DNA of 64,000 nt from contig OZ316891.1 of NCBI GenBank assembly GCA_973895155.1, positions 19,865,048 to 19,929,047 on the forward strand. Reading direction: 5' to 3'. The position numbers were made by a program, and so were the translations under genes. The notes under the pieces are model-generated. The model did no database searches. It saw only the letters and a program-made list of their open reading frames with translations, and was not told the origin of the DNA. Below, in pieces: positions 12,415-23,009 of this stretch (the first letter of the stretch is position 1; each line of letters starts with the position of its first letter). This DNA comes from Marsupella aquatica (lineage: Eukaryota; Plantae; Marchantiophyta).

Positions 12415-12667
12415 GAGCATGGACCATATTCTTTTACCGGGAATGGACGGATTGTTTCCATTCACAATTCCAATGTCTTCGTTCAGCCCCCGCCATTGGA
12501 TCGAGATTGTGCTTTAATAGGCACAATTTCTAGTCTCATGTTTCTGCAGTGATGTCTAGATGGCTGCGGGGAGACATGGGCCGGAAAAAGTCGAGTCTCC
12601 CAAGCCTTGTTATGTTCCTTTTTATTATTAACTCCAACATCACATTTATGCATACCAATATGTCGTG
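12415..12667 (-). ncRNA. Candidate structured RNA, copy 3 (most diverged)
   Basis: Minus strand: CAUGUC-UCCCC-[GCAG..CUGC]-AGAAACAUG, hairpin AUUGUGC/GCACAAU, UCCAAUG-[GCGGGGGCUGAACGAAGA]-CAUUGGA, hairpin GAAUGGA/UCCAUUC, then AUGGUCCA. Confidence 0.6.
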
Positions 12668-14000
12668 AATGGAATAGAAAAGAAGGAGCAACATCTTCTG
12701 TAAAAAAAATGTGAGCTTAGCACCTGATTTGGTGGGGTTCCCATTGAGTCACGATAGGCTGTGTGTCACTGTGTTGCCTCAGCAGTCCTTGATCCTTGGC
12801 CTGCGCTGCTAGTCCCACGATCTTCTTGCCAGTGCAGTGTGTCCTCTTACTCTGCCATGCATGTCAGCCTATGCTCCCCACAGGGTGTGTGCTTCTTCAC
12901 CTATCGAGTGTTTTCAAAGAAATGTAAGCTCTGTGGCTGGATGGCTGGACTTGGTAGCACCGCTATCTTGGCTTGCTTTTTAGGTCATGGGCTTTGGTAT
13001 CTGGTTGTTTTGTGTGGCCCAGATGTTTTGGGAATAAATCAATGGCTTCGGTGGCCGGATGATTATCTCCTGGTTATTCTGGATTTTAGTTTTAAATTTA
13101 TCCCTGTATCAGGTGACAGGGGGTATATGTCCATAGTGCATATCATGGGACCTACCCACATATGATGAGATCATGATCCTTAGCCATGGGAATCATTAGT
13201 GGCTTATCATATTCTTTTCTTGAGAGAGAGAGAGAGAGTATTTTTCGAACCAAAAATTGGCCCGTAAGAAATCAAAAAATGCTTGTGGAAATCAAACGAA
13301 AAGAGCTTGCACCTTGTAACATTCGGATTATGGTGAGGAATCAGAAACCGATGTCGGTGGGTTGGAAAGATTTGCGCACCCACACCGTTTGCTGGTCAAT
13401 CAGTGGCAAAAAATCAGAACTCCTTCCTCCTGTGGGAAAAATCGTCAATCTTGGACTCAAAACGATCACCTCTTCGTGATCTATCCGTTCAGCCCAAGCA
13501 CTTGACGTCTCTCCCTCCAAGTCAAGCGCAATGACGAGAAACCCCGCTCAGGCAAAAGAGGACTCCATAGCCGGTCAGAAAATCAGAATGCTTCTTTTGC
13601 TCGTTGCGACGCACTCGTTACACACTCGACAACAAATCATCTACCAAAACAATCAGCTTGTCCCGATCTACAAGCAGAGCTACAGCGTGCGACGCCTCCT
13701 TCGCCGTAGAGCTCACACCATCGGGAAAACAAAATCTGGTCCCTCCTCCAAAAAACCGTCGAACACGAATGTTGCCAACTTTTTTCACAAATTCCAGAAT
13801 GACAAAAACTTAGATCTCTCCGCACCACAATCTCCGTTCAACAATTTCTTCGCACCGTTAGAAAGGCCTTGCCCCGATCTATCCGCTGAGCCCATAAACT
13901 CCAAGTTCCATGCGACGGAACTCCGGGAAATCCACCGATACTCAACGCTGGAAAAAACCGTCACAAAATCCCGTCACGAACAATGTCACCTCCCAAGCAT

Positions 14001-14012
14001 GCTCTGATACCA
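14001..14012 (-). other. Primer-binding site complementary to tRNA-iMet
   Basis: Minus strand TGGTATCAGAGC, 2 nt after an LTR end ...TCAACA. Confidence 0.9.
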
Positions 14013-14014
14013 AT

Positions 14015-14330
14015 TGTTGAGCATAGACGACACTCGTAACGGTAAGCACATGACACATCCAACGCGCAAGTAGTCGACACAAGAGATACGTGGTTCACCT
14101 CCTCGAGGCTACGTCCACGGGAACACACAAGAGAGCTTTACTGAACTCTAAGTCCATCGGCCTTACCAAGTCTCTACAGTGTAAGCTCTCCTCATCTCTC
14201 ACGTGGCTCCGTAACAATGAGCCTAAGTTCCACTTATCCAAGCAAATACCGTTTGGCATATAGTGTGCATCCTAGTTAACCTAACCACATCTCCGACTAT
14301 GGTTAGCCTAACTACGGTTATATGTCATAA
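14015..14330 (-). repeat. 5' LTR (partial) of the copia element
   Basis: Ends ...TCAACA next to the PBS. The outer boundary is approximate, where CACTA transposase sequence begins. Confidence 0.65.
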
Positions 14331-16203
14331 CCCTAGACCTTGAGTAAATACCTAACAAACTTGTGGGAAATCTCATTGACCCTATATGTTTGCGAAACTC
14401 AGTCCGCATTAGGAGGATCCATAGATGGCCAAAACCCATGAGGGCCATGCATCCCCATCTCCTCACAACTCTCTCTCCAATTGTTGTCTTTCTCTCCATA
14501 TAGATGGCGAATCAATGACCTCCCAACATTCCCCTCAATGTGCATAGGGTCAAACAAATGGTTAATTGGCATCTCAGCCCAATATGGCAGCTTTGACATT
14601 AATGCAGACAAATGAGTTATGCCACACCGGGCCAACTATAATGGATCATCCGGGTCTATCACTCTATCCCATACATCTTTCCAATAGCGTGGATCCCTTG
14701 GCACTGGTTGAGGGCGTGTATCTGGTTGGCCATCATCTGTGTCATGTAAGAATGGGTCACACCTCTATTCATGCTCTGGGGGGAGATACTTTGTGTGACC
14801 AATGTAAACTATCTTCCATAGGGTGGTAGATTTTTGGCGCGCCACTCCCTCCAAATTGGGCCCTCAAGTTGGGCAAGCTCGGTATCCCGAGACCTGCAAC
14901 CCAAAGATATATCCAAACCCTACAATGTTCACACCCACTACATACATTAAACATTGGCCAGGGGACCAATATATGACAAACCAAGGCATAATCAATATGG
15001 GGTGAGGTATATTATCTAGCAATAACAAGCCATGCATAATTAATATGGGGTGAGGTATATTTCCACATACCCGGAAGATCATGTACATGGTCCACATACA
15101 GATGGCTTTCAATTTAAATTCACGAGGTAAACCACCTGCAAGCACTCGACCATCATAGCAATCCACTCCTCTCTATAGTTGTTGAAGCTCCTCCAACAAT
15201 GGTTGCAAGTAAACATCAATCTTCTTTACTTGCTTGGGGCCTGGGATAATCATTGAGAGTAGCAAATGACCCTTCTTCATGGCCATCCATGGAGGGATGT
15301 TGTAATTTGTAAGGACTACTGGCCAAACTGATCGAGTATGGTTGGGCCTTCCCTGCCAATGCAAAGGGGCTGATCCCATCTGATGCCAAACCTAGACATA
15401 CATGACGTGGATCTGTCTTGAAGTCACCCCATCGGCCCTCCACAAACCTATTTGTAGGTGAGTCCACCATCATACGCATGGTGGGCGGATCTGAAGTCAT
15501 ATCTGACTGGTTCTTGGAATGCCACACCATATACTCAATCAACTCCGCACATCGGTACTGGTGCCATAATCTGGGGATAAGAGGAAAATACCTCATGACC
15601 TTCTGTGCTACTTTTCCAGTGAGCATTCCTCTTGATACCTCGATTGGTCACATGTAGGACATGTAGTGGCATCTTGTGTTCCCCCCTAAAGAGAACACAA
15701 TCATTCACACAAGCATGTATGACTTCGGATTTGAGACCTATGGATTTCAACACCTGTTTTGTTGCTTTCCAGGAACTAGGCAAGCAGTTCCCTTCTGGAA
15801 AAATCCGACTATGCAAAGTCCTGAAAAGATCATCAAGAAGGAGATTGCTTGCTCCATGTCTTTGTTGCAAGTTCAACAATAACATTATTCCTGATAGTCA
15901 AGATAGTTGTGACCCCTCAAAAATCCGTGTTTGTGCATGGTCACGAGCTTCCTCCCATTGTCTAGAGTGGGAACCTCGTGAAGGATTGTCACGATGAGCA
16001 TGTGTTGTGGTGTCAAATTCATCACCCACACCATGCTCACCATCCTCTACATCATAGAACTGGTGCATAAGATCATCCATGGCCCTCTCATTCTCAAGTC
16101 TGTCATCGGTGGCATTAGATACATGCTCAAGAGGGATATCTTCATTTGCTAAAGCTTGAGCCCTATGCCAGTCTTCCATGGCCTCACCAAGGTGTTGCCG
16201 CAT
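14330..16203 (-). pseudogene. CACTA transposase (Transposase_21/TnpD-like), frameshifted
   Basis: IHACVNDCVLFRG, KVMRYFPLIPRL, DPRHVCLGLASDGISPF, SVWPVVLTNYNIPPW...SMIIPGPKQ..IDVYLQPLLEELQQL, SGYRACPT and FDPMHIEGNV are spread across shifting frames. Confidence 0.92.
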
Positions 16204-16419
16204 TGCTCGTGATAATGCCCCAATATCTGGTTGAACATACGCATTCTAGTAGTTCACAAACGTACATAAATATATATTAGAAGAGGCCAAAATGAGACAA
16301 GTGTTTTAGGGTTAAGGGTTTAGGATTTATTTATACAAAGAACCAAATAAGTTTTGGAAACCATTGTCACGTATTCTATGTTCAACAAAAGAGGTGGTAT
16401 ACATGTCTGCCCTACACGG

Positions 16420-16915
16420 GGTGAGAAAGCAATGCTTTCTTGGGAGCATCCCACTCATAGTCGCAAAAAAACTCCTCACCAACCCTAATGGTTGTAATGG
16501 CTATAGTCATGACATGGTCATCCATGTGTTTTACATAATAAGGCTCTCTAGGTAGACCAAATATTTGAATCCACTTTACATTAGGCCTAAGCCCTCTCCT
16601 CTCCCACGAGTACTATTGATGTACCCATCTATGTTGTCGGAGCAAACAAGGTTGCCATCAATCATTCGAGAATGCCAAGGCCTCTGTATGACCTCATTTG
16701 GATCAGAATCCATTTGCAATGCATAGACCCCCCAAGATGGGTGTTGGCGCAATAGAATGTTCCAATTTTTTGAAGTATATACGGGACCAATATATGGAAA
16801 TAGGTGCTCCCCATCATAACCTTGGGGCCATGGCTTTGCAGGGACCACAATGTCCTCCAAGAAATATGCTAAATCCTATGTCAGGACCAAGGGAGGATGC
16901 CTTCACTATCCATTG
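16420..16915 (-). pseudogene. SET-domain-like segment within the CACTA transposase region
   Basis: IVKASSLGPDIGFSIF/LEDI...LFPYIG...YALQMD...IDGNL..NIDGYINS...TIRVGEEFF/DYEW reproduces SET motifs I-IV in order, with frameshifts. Confidence 0.6.
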
Positions 16916-17362
16916 GTGACCCCATATGTGGATAGGAGTGTCAGTGGTTAGGCCAGGGGGTATTTTGAATCTCTAAGATGAGATCCTTCAAGACTATCAA
17001 TGCCTTCCCAATGACATATGAAAGCCCCAACCTCCCTTCCACTTCCACATAGTCCTCTCCTGGCGGTACTCTATGAGTATGGTGCAAAACTTGGTCCTTG
17101 GTCTCATGCACGCCCAAGGGTTCATAACGACGCCGTTGTCTTTGGGAACGTGCTTGGGTGCGACCAACCCTGGATGGAATTGGTATTGTCTCCGGATCAA
17201 GGCTACATTGAGGGGGATCTGATGGTGCTGCTAACAACTCTCTTGCACCAGCCAAAAGTGTGTTTACCCATACATCATTAGAGACCAATGGAGGAGGGGT
17301 CCTATGAGGCACCTATTCAATCACAAAAAATACCAACAATTAATAAATGTATGGGTGCAATG

Positions 17363-17674
17363 TTACAACTTGTGCATATCAATCTCAAGCGCAATAAATG
17401 GTGCATACCTCGCGAGCAGAATATCCAGGTAAATCACCCTCATGTTGGCCATAGTTCTCAATGTGCTCAATGGCTTTGATAATTCCCAAGCTTGACGAAC
17501 CACCATGCCTTTACATCTAACACACCAGCATGGAATAGGTCCTATAGGAGGAGGACATTGAGTCAGAGGAGGGGGAGGAGGAACGTCCCCCTCAAAAGAT
17601 GATGAGGTTGAGTCGGAGTCTGACTCTAAACTCCTAGAACTGGATATCTGCCCATCATCCATACACAATGTCAC
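17363..17674 (-). pseudogene. Transposase-associated Cys/His domain (Transpos_assoc-like), N-terminal part of the CACTA gene
   Basis: IPCWCVRCKG motif after an acidic, Pro-rich start. Confidence 0.5.
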
Positions 17675-17870
17675 TCTATTTTAGATTCTGCACCATTGTG
17701 ACAATTATTTACATATATATATATATATATGTCTTAAGGAAAAACAAAAATAATAATTTTAAATCAATAATACCTTAATGAGACCCGCGCTCTGCAGTGC
17801 CAACTAGGATCTTGGCCTTAGACTACATGCTAAGACAAGTCTAAAATTACTGCACAAGAACATTTCAACT

Positions 17871-18236
17871 GTGAGCCGCCGGTCTCCTTCGGGTAGGAAA
17901 CTCTCTCGTCTCCTTAATGCCAAAGCTTGGCTTGATGTTCAGTGTAGGGATTGGCTGAGGCGGGGCTATGGCCGGCTCTCTGGCCTTTGAGGGCGCATGA
18001 GATGCCGCTCCTATGGGCTTTGTTGTATTTCCACTCTGTTGGTCTGGGAGTGGCCTCCTTGGACAGCTTGGCTGGCCCCGGGGTGTGTCCCCTGTGTGGG
18101 TCGATGTGATGTGTAATATCTCGTGATATGTAATGGTTGTTGTTTGCTTGTTGTTGCTGCTGCTTTCTCTAGCTGATTGCTTGCCCTTGTCGCGGGGCTT
18201 TCGCGGCCCAATTTATAAAGAAAAAAAATTCCCAGG
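17871..18236 (+). mobile_element. 5'-truncated L1-like LINE (ORF2 tail and 3' UTR) with 15-bp TSD
   Basis: TSD AAGAACATTTCAACT at 17856-17870 and 18237-18251. Translation SRRSPSGRKLSRLLNAKAWLD matches the LINE at 26.0 kb (GRRCPPGKKCTRLLRAKSCID). A-rich tail present. Confidence 0.85.
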
Positions 18237-18299
18237 AAGAACATTTCAACTTAATTAGTGTGGAACAATATCAATAATTCACCTCTATATGACCATAAT

Positions 18300-19875
18300 T
18301 ATAGTTGGCTAGGGAGTCGACCTATGTTGGGCACCTATATACAGTTCACCTCCACAACCTTTTAGAGTGGTCTAACTATAAGTCGCGGAACTTGACTACC
18401 TTAACACTTAGCTCCGGCGTCGCTGACTCCAACGCCGAGCTCCCTTATGGTCCAGGCCCGGATAGGCCATCCGGGGAGGACTTAGCATGGGGAGACTTGT
18501 GGGCAATGAGACGTGGCGCTAGCGAGGCAAGGGGCCAAGCTGGGGACACACACTAAGGACTTGGACTAGCCTATGGCTGGTTGGATCAAGGGGAAATGGG
18601 CCGGGCTCAAGGATGGCAGTCTGGACCGTCGGATGGGCTTTGAGTTTTGAGGGCTTGGGAGTGAGCTCCTCTTGGGCCCAAGGCCAATGGAGTTGACGCC
18701 ATTGGCAACGGATGCTTGGGGCGCAAGTTGTGGCCCGATCCGGGTTGCGCCAATTGGGGGCACCGAGCAGCAATCAGACCTGAGGGCCTAGGCATGAGCA
18801 CTGGGTTGGCCCGGTCACAACGGGCTAAGGCACTCCGCTTGCGGACGTCTATCAAGAAAGTTATGGGCGTTGCTAGTTGATGGCGCGCCCATTATGCGCA
18901 ATGGGATTCGGGTTGGGGGCCAAATGTTTAGGAACCAAAGCTGGTCCGGGGGTGGCAGGTCCCCTAAAGCATATATGAGGGGAGTGGTGTCTCCCTGGGG
19001 GCTAAGGGCGAGCCGAAGTCGTGAGCCGTGGCGGTCGGGACACTAAGGGAAACCGCCAAACAGAAATGGCGATATCTTCCCAATGGGAAGTCCGTTGGAG
19101 GAGTTCTTGAGTTCGTTGGAAAGCTCTTGAAGAGGGCTACGCTCTCCTGAGCTCAGATGGGTCCGGGGGTGCCATGGGTTCTCGTGGTTTGCGGGTGTTA
19201 GCTCGCCCGCTTGCCAAATCCTGCCGAATAGCAGCCAAGCCGCGTTCAGCCTCCCAAGGGAGCTTGCGTTGGGGAGGCAAGGCCAAGTAGGTATGGAGGC
19301 TGATTCCCAAGGGCGCTCGGTCCCTAGACCATCAGTGGGGCGAACCGGGAGTGGTTGTTAGAGTCGGGGCCATTCTGGTCCCGGCGTGTTGGGACAAGCT
19401 TTAGGACAAGCTACGCTAATTGGGCCATGAACATATCCTGAGGTCAGGGCGGTCAGTTGGTGATGGATAGGTACAAGGGGGAACCCGGGCCGCGCCCAAG
19501 GAAGGAGCTATCTTGGACGGACAGTGGGCGTGGGTTCTAGTTCCGGCTTATGGCATCGGGAGGACCTATCGCTGACCTATTTACCAACGTCTGTTGAGCT
19601 TGAGTTAGGATGTTAGACTTGGCGAGTTCTAGATCCGGAAGGGTTACTTATCGAGGTGCTTGGTTGTTTGTGCAGACAGTGAGGACCGTTGAGTAATGGT
19701 CGTGTAGGTGAGCAAGTGCGGCTTCGTATGGGAGTGGCCGCTGGTGGTGCTAGAGGCATTTGGATGCTTGCTCGGGGTATTCCATGGAGGCGTTCGGGCA
19801 CCAAGGGCACTTAGGCGCAAGTGCTGGGATTGGTGAGGGCGCTGGGTGGCTAGGTCCACCACTCTATACCTTTTA
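18300..19875 (+). mobile_element. Probable non-coding LTR-retrotransposon remnant
   Basis: GC-rich, with no recognisable ORF. Possible LTR end TTAACA at 18401-18406. Similar segments at ~18344-18366 and ~19854-19877 (GTYCACC...ACCTTTTAGA). Confidence 0.3.
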
Positions 19876-20502
19876 GACATGCGGAGTCTTGCTGCGCATG
19901 ATGCATTACAAAAATGGACCCCCAAAAAATCTCAGCAACCTAACCCTCCGCAAAAAACTGAGTGACTTAACCCTCTGCAAAAAAGAATTGCAAATTTGGC
20001 ATGTCACTATATGCATAAGGTTAGCTAGGTGAATCCATATTTTTCCCCCAAAATGTCACAATGTAAATTCCAAACAACTCTCAAATATAACTCGCGACAT
20101 CTATACATACCAACCACCTCCAAACCACACAATGAGATGGGATATCGCGGCTCCAATGGTCCACCCTATCCCTAAAACCCTACTTAAACACATAGAACCA
20201 ACGTAGGGTCATCCAACATATAACCAAATTAATTGCCATAGTCACTATATCGGAAAAGACTTTGGACATGAGTAATACAAGGAATTAACAAGAGTGGTTC
20301 GATGTTATAAGAATCGAAAACCGATAGTTTAAACATCACTCTTTCCAATGCTGTAAGAATCGGATCCATAGTCAGACAGGTTTTAGGTGGCCACTCCTTC
20401 TTTATTGGGCTTTGCATCGAAAGAGCATCAGGAGATGTTTTCTCTGGCAAAAGCCGGGGAGGTGCGTGGTCGTGAACTGGAATTGAAGGTCGGGAGGAGC
20501 TT

Positions 20503-21545
20503 ATGGCTATGGAGGGGAACAATGGAGGGGCAGGAGGTGGAGCCGGGGGAGCCAAAGCAGCCGGAGGAGCCAAAGGACCTGCAGGAGACGGAGTTGGGCC
20601 ATCTCAAAACTTTGGGGACCTCATGACAGACATTTTTCAAATGCGAATAGGGCTCTCAATAGAATTTGCGCAGCAGGTTGCTGCATTGACACAGGGATTG
20701 ATTGACTCTTCAAAGGGCACAATTATTTCAGAAGCTGAGAAAGCATTTGAGGAAAGGCAATAGAGGGAGAAAGAAAAGAAGAGGAAGCAAAGGGATGAGA
20801 AGCGGAGCATCCCTACGGAGGCCCTCTCTCCAAGATAGAGAGAAAGCCCTGCGTAAAGAAGCATGTGCTGCAGAGAGGAAGAGAGCAAAGGAGCAGAAGC
20901 AGCAAGCAGAGGAGCGAAGCAAGCGGCCAAAGCTTTTTTGAATAGTGGAGGAGCTCCCAGGGCCAGGAGCTATATTCTCTTCAGGAGTTAGCTTGGGCAG
21001 GTACTTAGATCCCATTTTGGGGTGTTAGACTATTGGGGGAAGCCAAAGGAATAGGAGAAATTCAGAGTTTGTAAGCAGGTGAAGGAGAGATTTTCCAATG
21101 GATCATTCCTTGATGACAGGTTCTTGAATAAAAAAATCAGCCTCTCACTTGCAGACAGGAAGGAACCATGTCAAGGAGAAAATCAGGAAATACCTTGGTG
21201 AATGCAAGGAAAACAAGGAGGGGATCAAGCAGAGGGGGTGCCCAGTTGATCTACCACCAGACGTATGGGCAGCTTGGATTGAGACCGAGCTACAAGTTCA
21301 AGCTTGGCAGGCAAGACGGTACTGGCAGGCCGAATTAGAAGAGCTTGCCACCAAGGCCCAAGCAAGGGAGACTGTTGACACCCGCCATGCTCATAGCAAC
21401 CTGCAGCATTGGGAATTCAGATCAGTTCAGCTTGGAGACCCTCCCTCACAAATCCTGAAAGCATTGCTTTGAGTGGACAATAGGCCAGTAATCACTCATC
21501 GGATGGGGTAGGGTGGGTCGCAACGTCTCAAGGTAGAGTTTACAG
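20503..21545 (+). pseudogene. CACTA second ORF (TnpA/Transposase_24-like), disrupted
   Basis: Gly-rich start, then a coiled coil, then GCPVDLPPDVWAAWI and ITHRMG*GG-type motifs. Ends at a GTAAGT donor near 21545. Multiple stops. Confidence 0.5.
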
Positions 21546-21879
21546 TAAGTACTATCCCTCCTCTCTCCAAGCTCCTCACCTCAATTTGCCTGATCACCTG
21601 AGGCTTGTGTATGCCTGAAGAGCCCCGACCCAAAGCTAGCCGGCAAAGGAGGTGCTAGTCGGGCCCCTAGCGCACACCAGTCGAGAGCCATAGGGGTGGT
21701 TCTAGTGGCCGACGCCAGTTAGGGGCTGGTGGTAGAGCTAACACTTAGGGCCTACAACATGTTGCACGACATGCTGTTGGTGGGTCTCGCCGATATATTA
21801 GAGCCCCACGGGGAAGGGTGTTCTAGAGGCTCTCAACAATTAGGTGTAGTTGGGGGTGGCTCTGGCCACTCTGGCCGCA

Positions 21880-22400
21880 TTGGGGGTGGGCAGGTTGGAG
21901 GGAGTGCAGCCGATGATGGAGAATCTTGGCACTATGGCCGCACTGGGGGTGGCCAGCCTAGAGGGAGCGCAGGCGGTGGTGGTGGAGTCTCTCACCACGC
22001 AGGCAGCACTGGGAGTGGTCGACATGCCCTTGGCCAATCTGGAGGGAGTGCAGGCAGTGGTGGTGGAGTCTCTCACCACAGAGTTGGCACTGGGGGTGGT
22101 CGGCATGCCCCTGGCCAGTTTGGAGGGAGTGCAGGCAATGGTGGTGGTGTCTCTGAGCATGTGGGCAGCACTGGGGGTGGTCGACATGCATGCCCCTGGC
22201 CAGTCTGGAGGGAGTGCAAGCAGTGGTGGTGGTGTCTCTCAGCATGCGGGCAACACTGGGGGTGGTGGACATGCCCCTGGCCAGTCTGGAGGGAGTGGAG
22301 GTGGTGGTGATGGGGTCTCTCACCACTCAGGCCTTGGAGCAGCTAGTCATGGTGCCCCTAGCCAGTCAGGAGGGAGTGGTGGTGGTGGTGGTGAGTCACG
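21880..22400 (+). repeat. 81-bp tandem repeat encoding Gly/Ser/His-rich 27-aa units
   Basis: CACTGGGRGTGGT recurs at 22007, 22088, 22169 and 22254. The last interval includes a 4-bp CATG duplication that shifts the frame. Confidence 0.85.
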
Positions 22401-23009
22401 ACATTCTACTGCCGATGGGATCAGTGGGGGGGGGGGGTCCTGCAGCTTCCTTTCATACTTGCCGAGGCAGCGGAGAGGGTGTGCCCACTCATGGCTCAGG
22501 GGCTTCCCATGGTGGTGGTGGTGGGGTTGGTCCACTTCCCTCGCCACTTCCTCAGGTTGCCTCTACACTTGGGACAGACGACCTGGACCAAGCCACCATG
22601 GACCAGACCACCTTTACCAAGGCTTCTCCACCCGCACCTCCTCGGACTTGTTCCAAAAAGAGGAAGGGACGACATGCTCCATTTTGAGTTGGTCGCAAGT
22701 CAGATAGTTGACCAGCATATGCAGAGTAGAGGCATAGTGTCTTCGAGCACAAAGATTAGACCATATGGGGCAGAATGCTATTTCTTATTTGATCCAAGTG
22801 GATCACACTTGTACATATTGGGGTCTATATGTATATATTCATTTTGGGGGCTTGAGAACCCTTTCCGGCCATGCATGGGTTCTAATTAGTTCTATGTGGC
22901 ATGGTTTTTTCAATAAGCTCCCCAATGCCTCTAAAACACCCCTAAACCTAAACCGAGCCCTAACCCTAACCCCCTAAATATGCTAATTAGCATGGCATCC
23001 ACAAATCCC

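Larger units (their letters stand above)
3306..13238. mobile_element. Unclassified ~9.9-kb insertion: two plus-strand ORFs plus three non-coding (GA)n-delimited modules
   Basis: Interrupts the copia leader. Candidate 4-bp TSD TATT at 3302-3305 and 13239-13242. The left end begins CACTTTT within a hairpin (3302-3384) and the right end is a (GA)n tract. No RT, transposase, TIR or LTR recognised. Confidence 0.5.
8844..13238. repeat. Three diverged head-to-tail modules (8844-10520, 10521-12106, 12107-13221) separated by (GA)n tracts
   Basis: GA tracts at 8843-8851, 10521-10528, 12107-12122 and 13222-13238. Each module starts GAGAGAGATAT. Modules 1 and 2 share patchy identity (e.g. CACCCAWTCAAGGCCA, GAAGTAGACCAT). 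All three carry the structured motif. Confidence 0.75.
2362..14330 (-). mobile_element. Ty1/copia 5' remnant (LTR, PBS, leader, gag), interrupted by an insertion at ~3306-13238
   Basis: LTR end and tRNA-iMet PBS at 14001-14020. Leader-like sequence at 13239-14000 rejoins similar sequence at ~3070-3305 upstream of gag. No pol region is visible. Confidence 0.7.

Noticed and set aside
13531-14007. 158-aa plus-strand ORF
   Set aside because: It lies antisense in the copia untranslated leader and has no recognisable domain.
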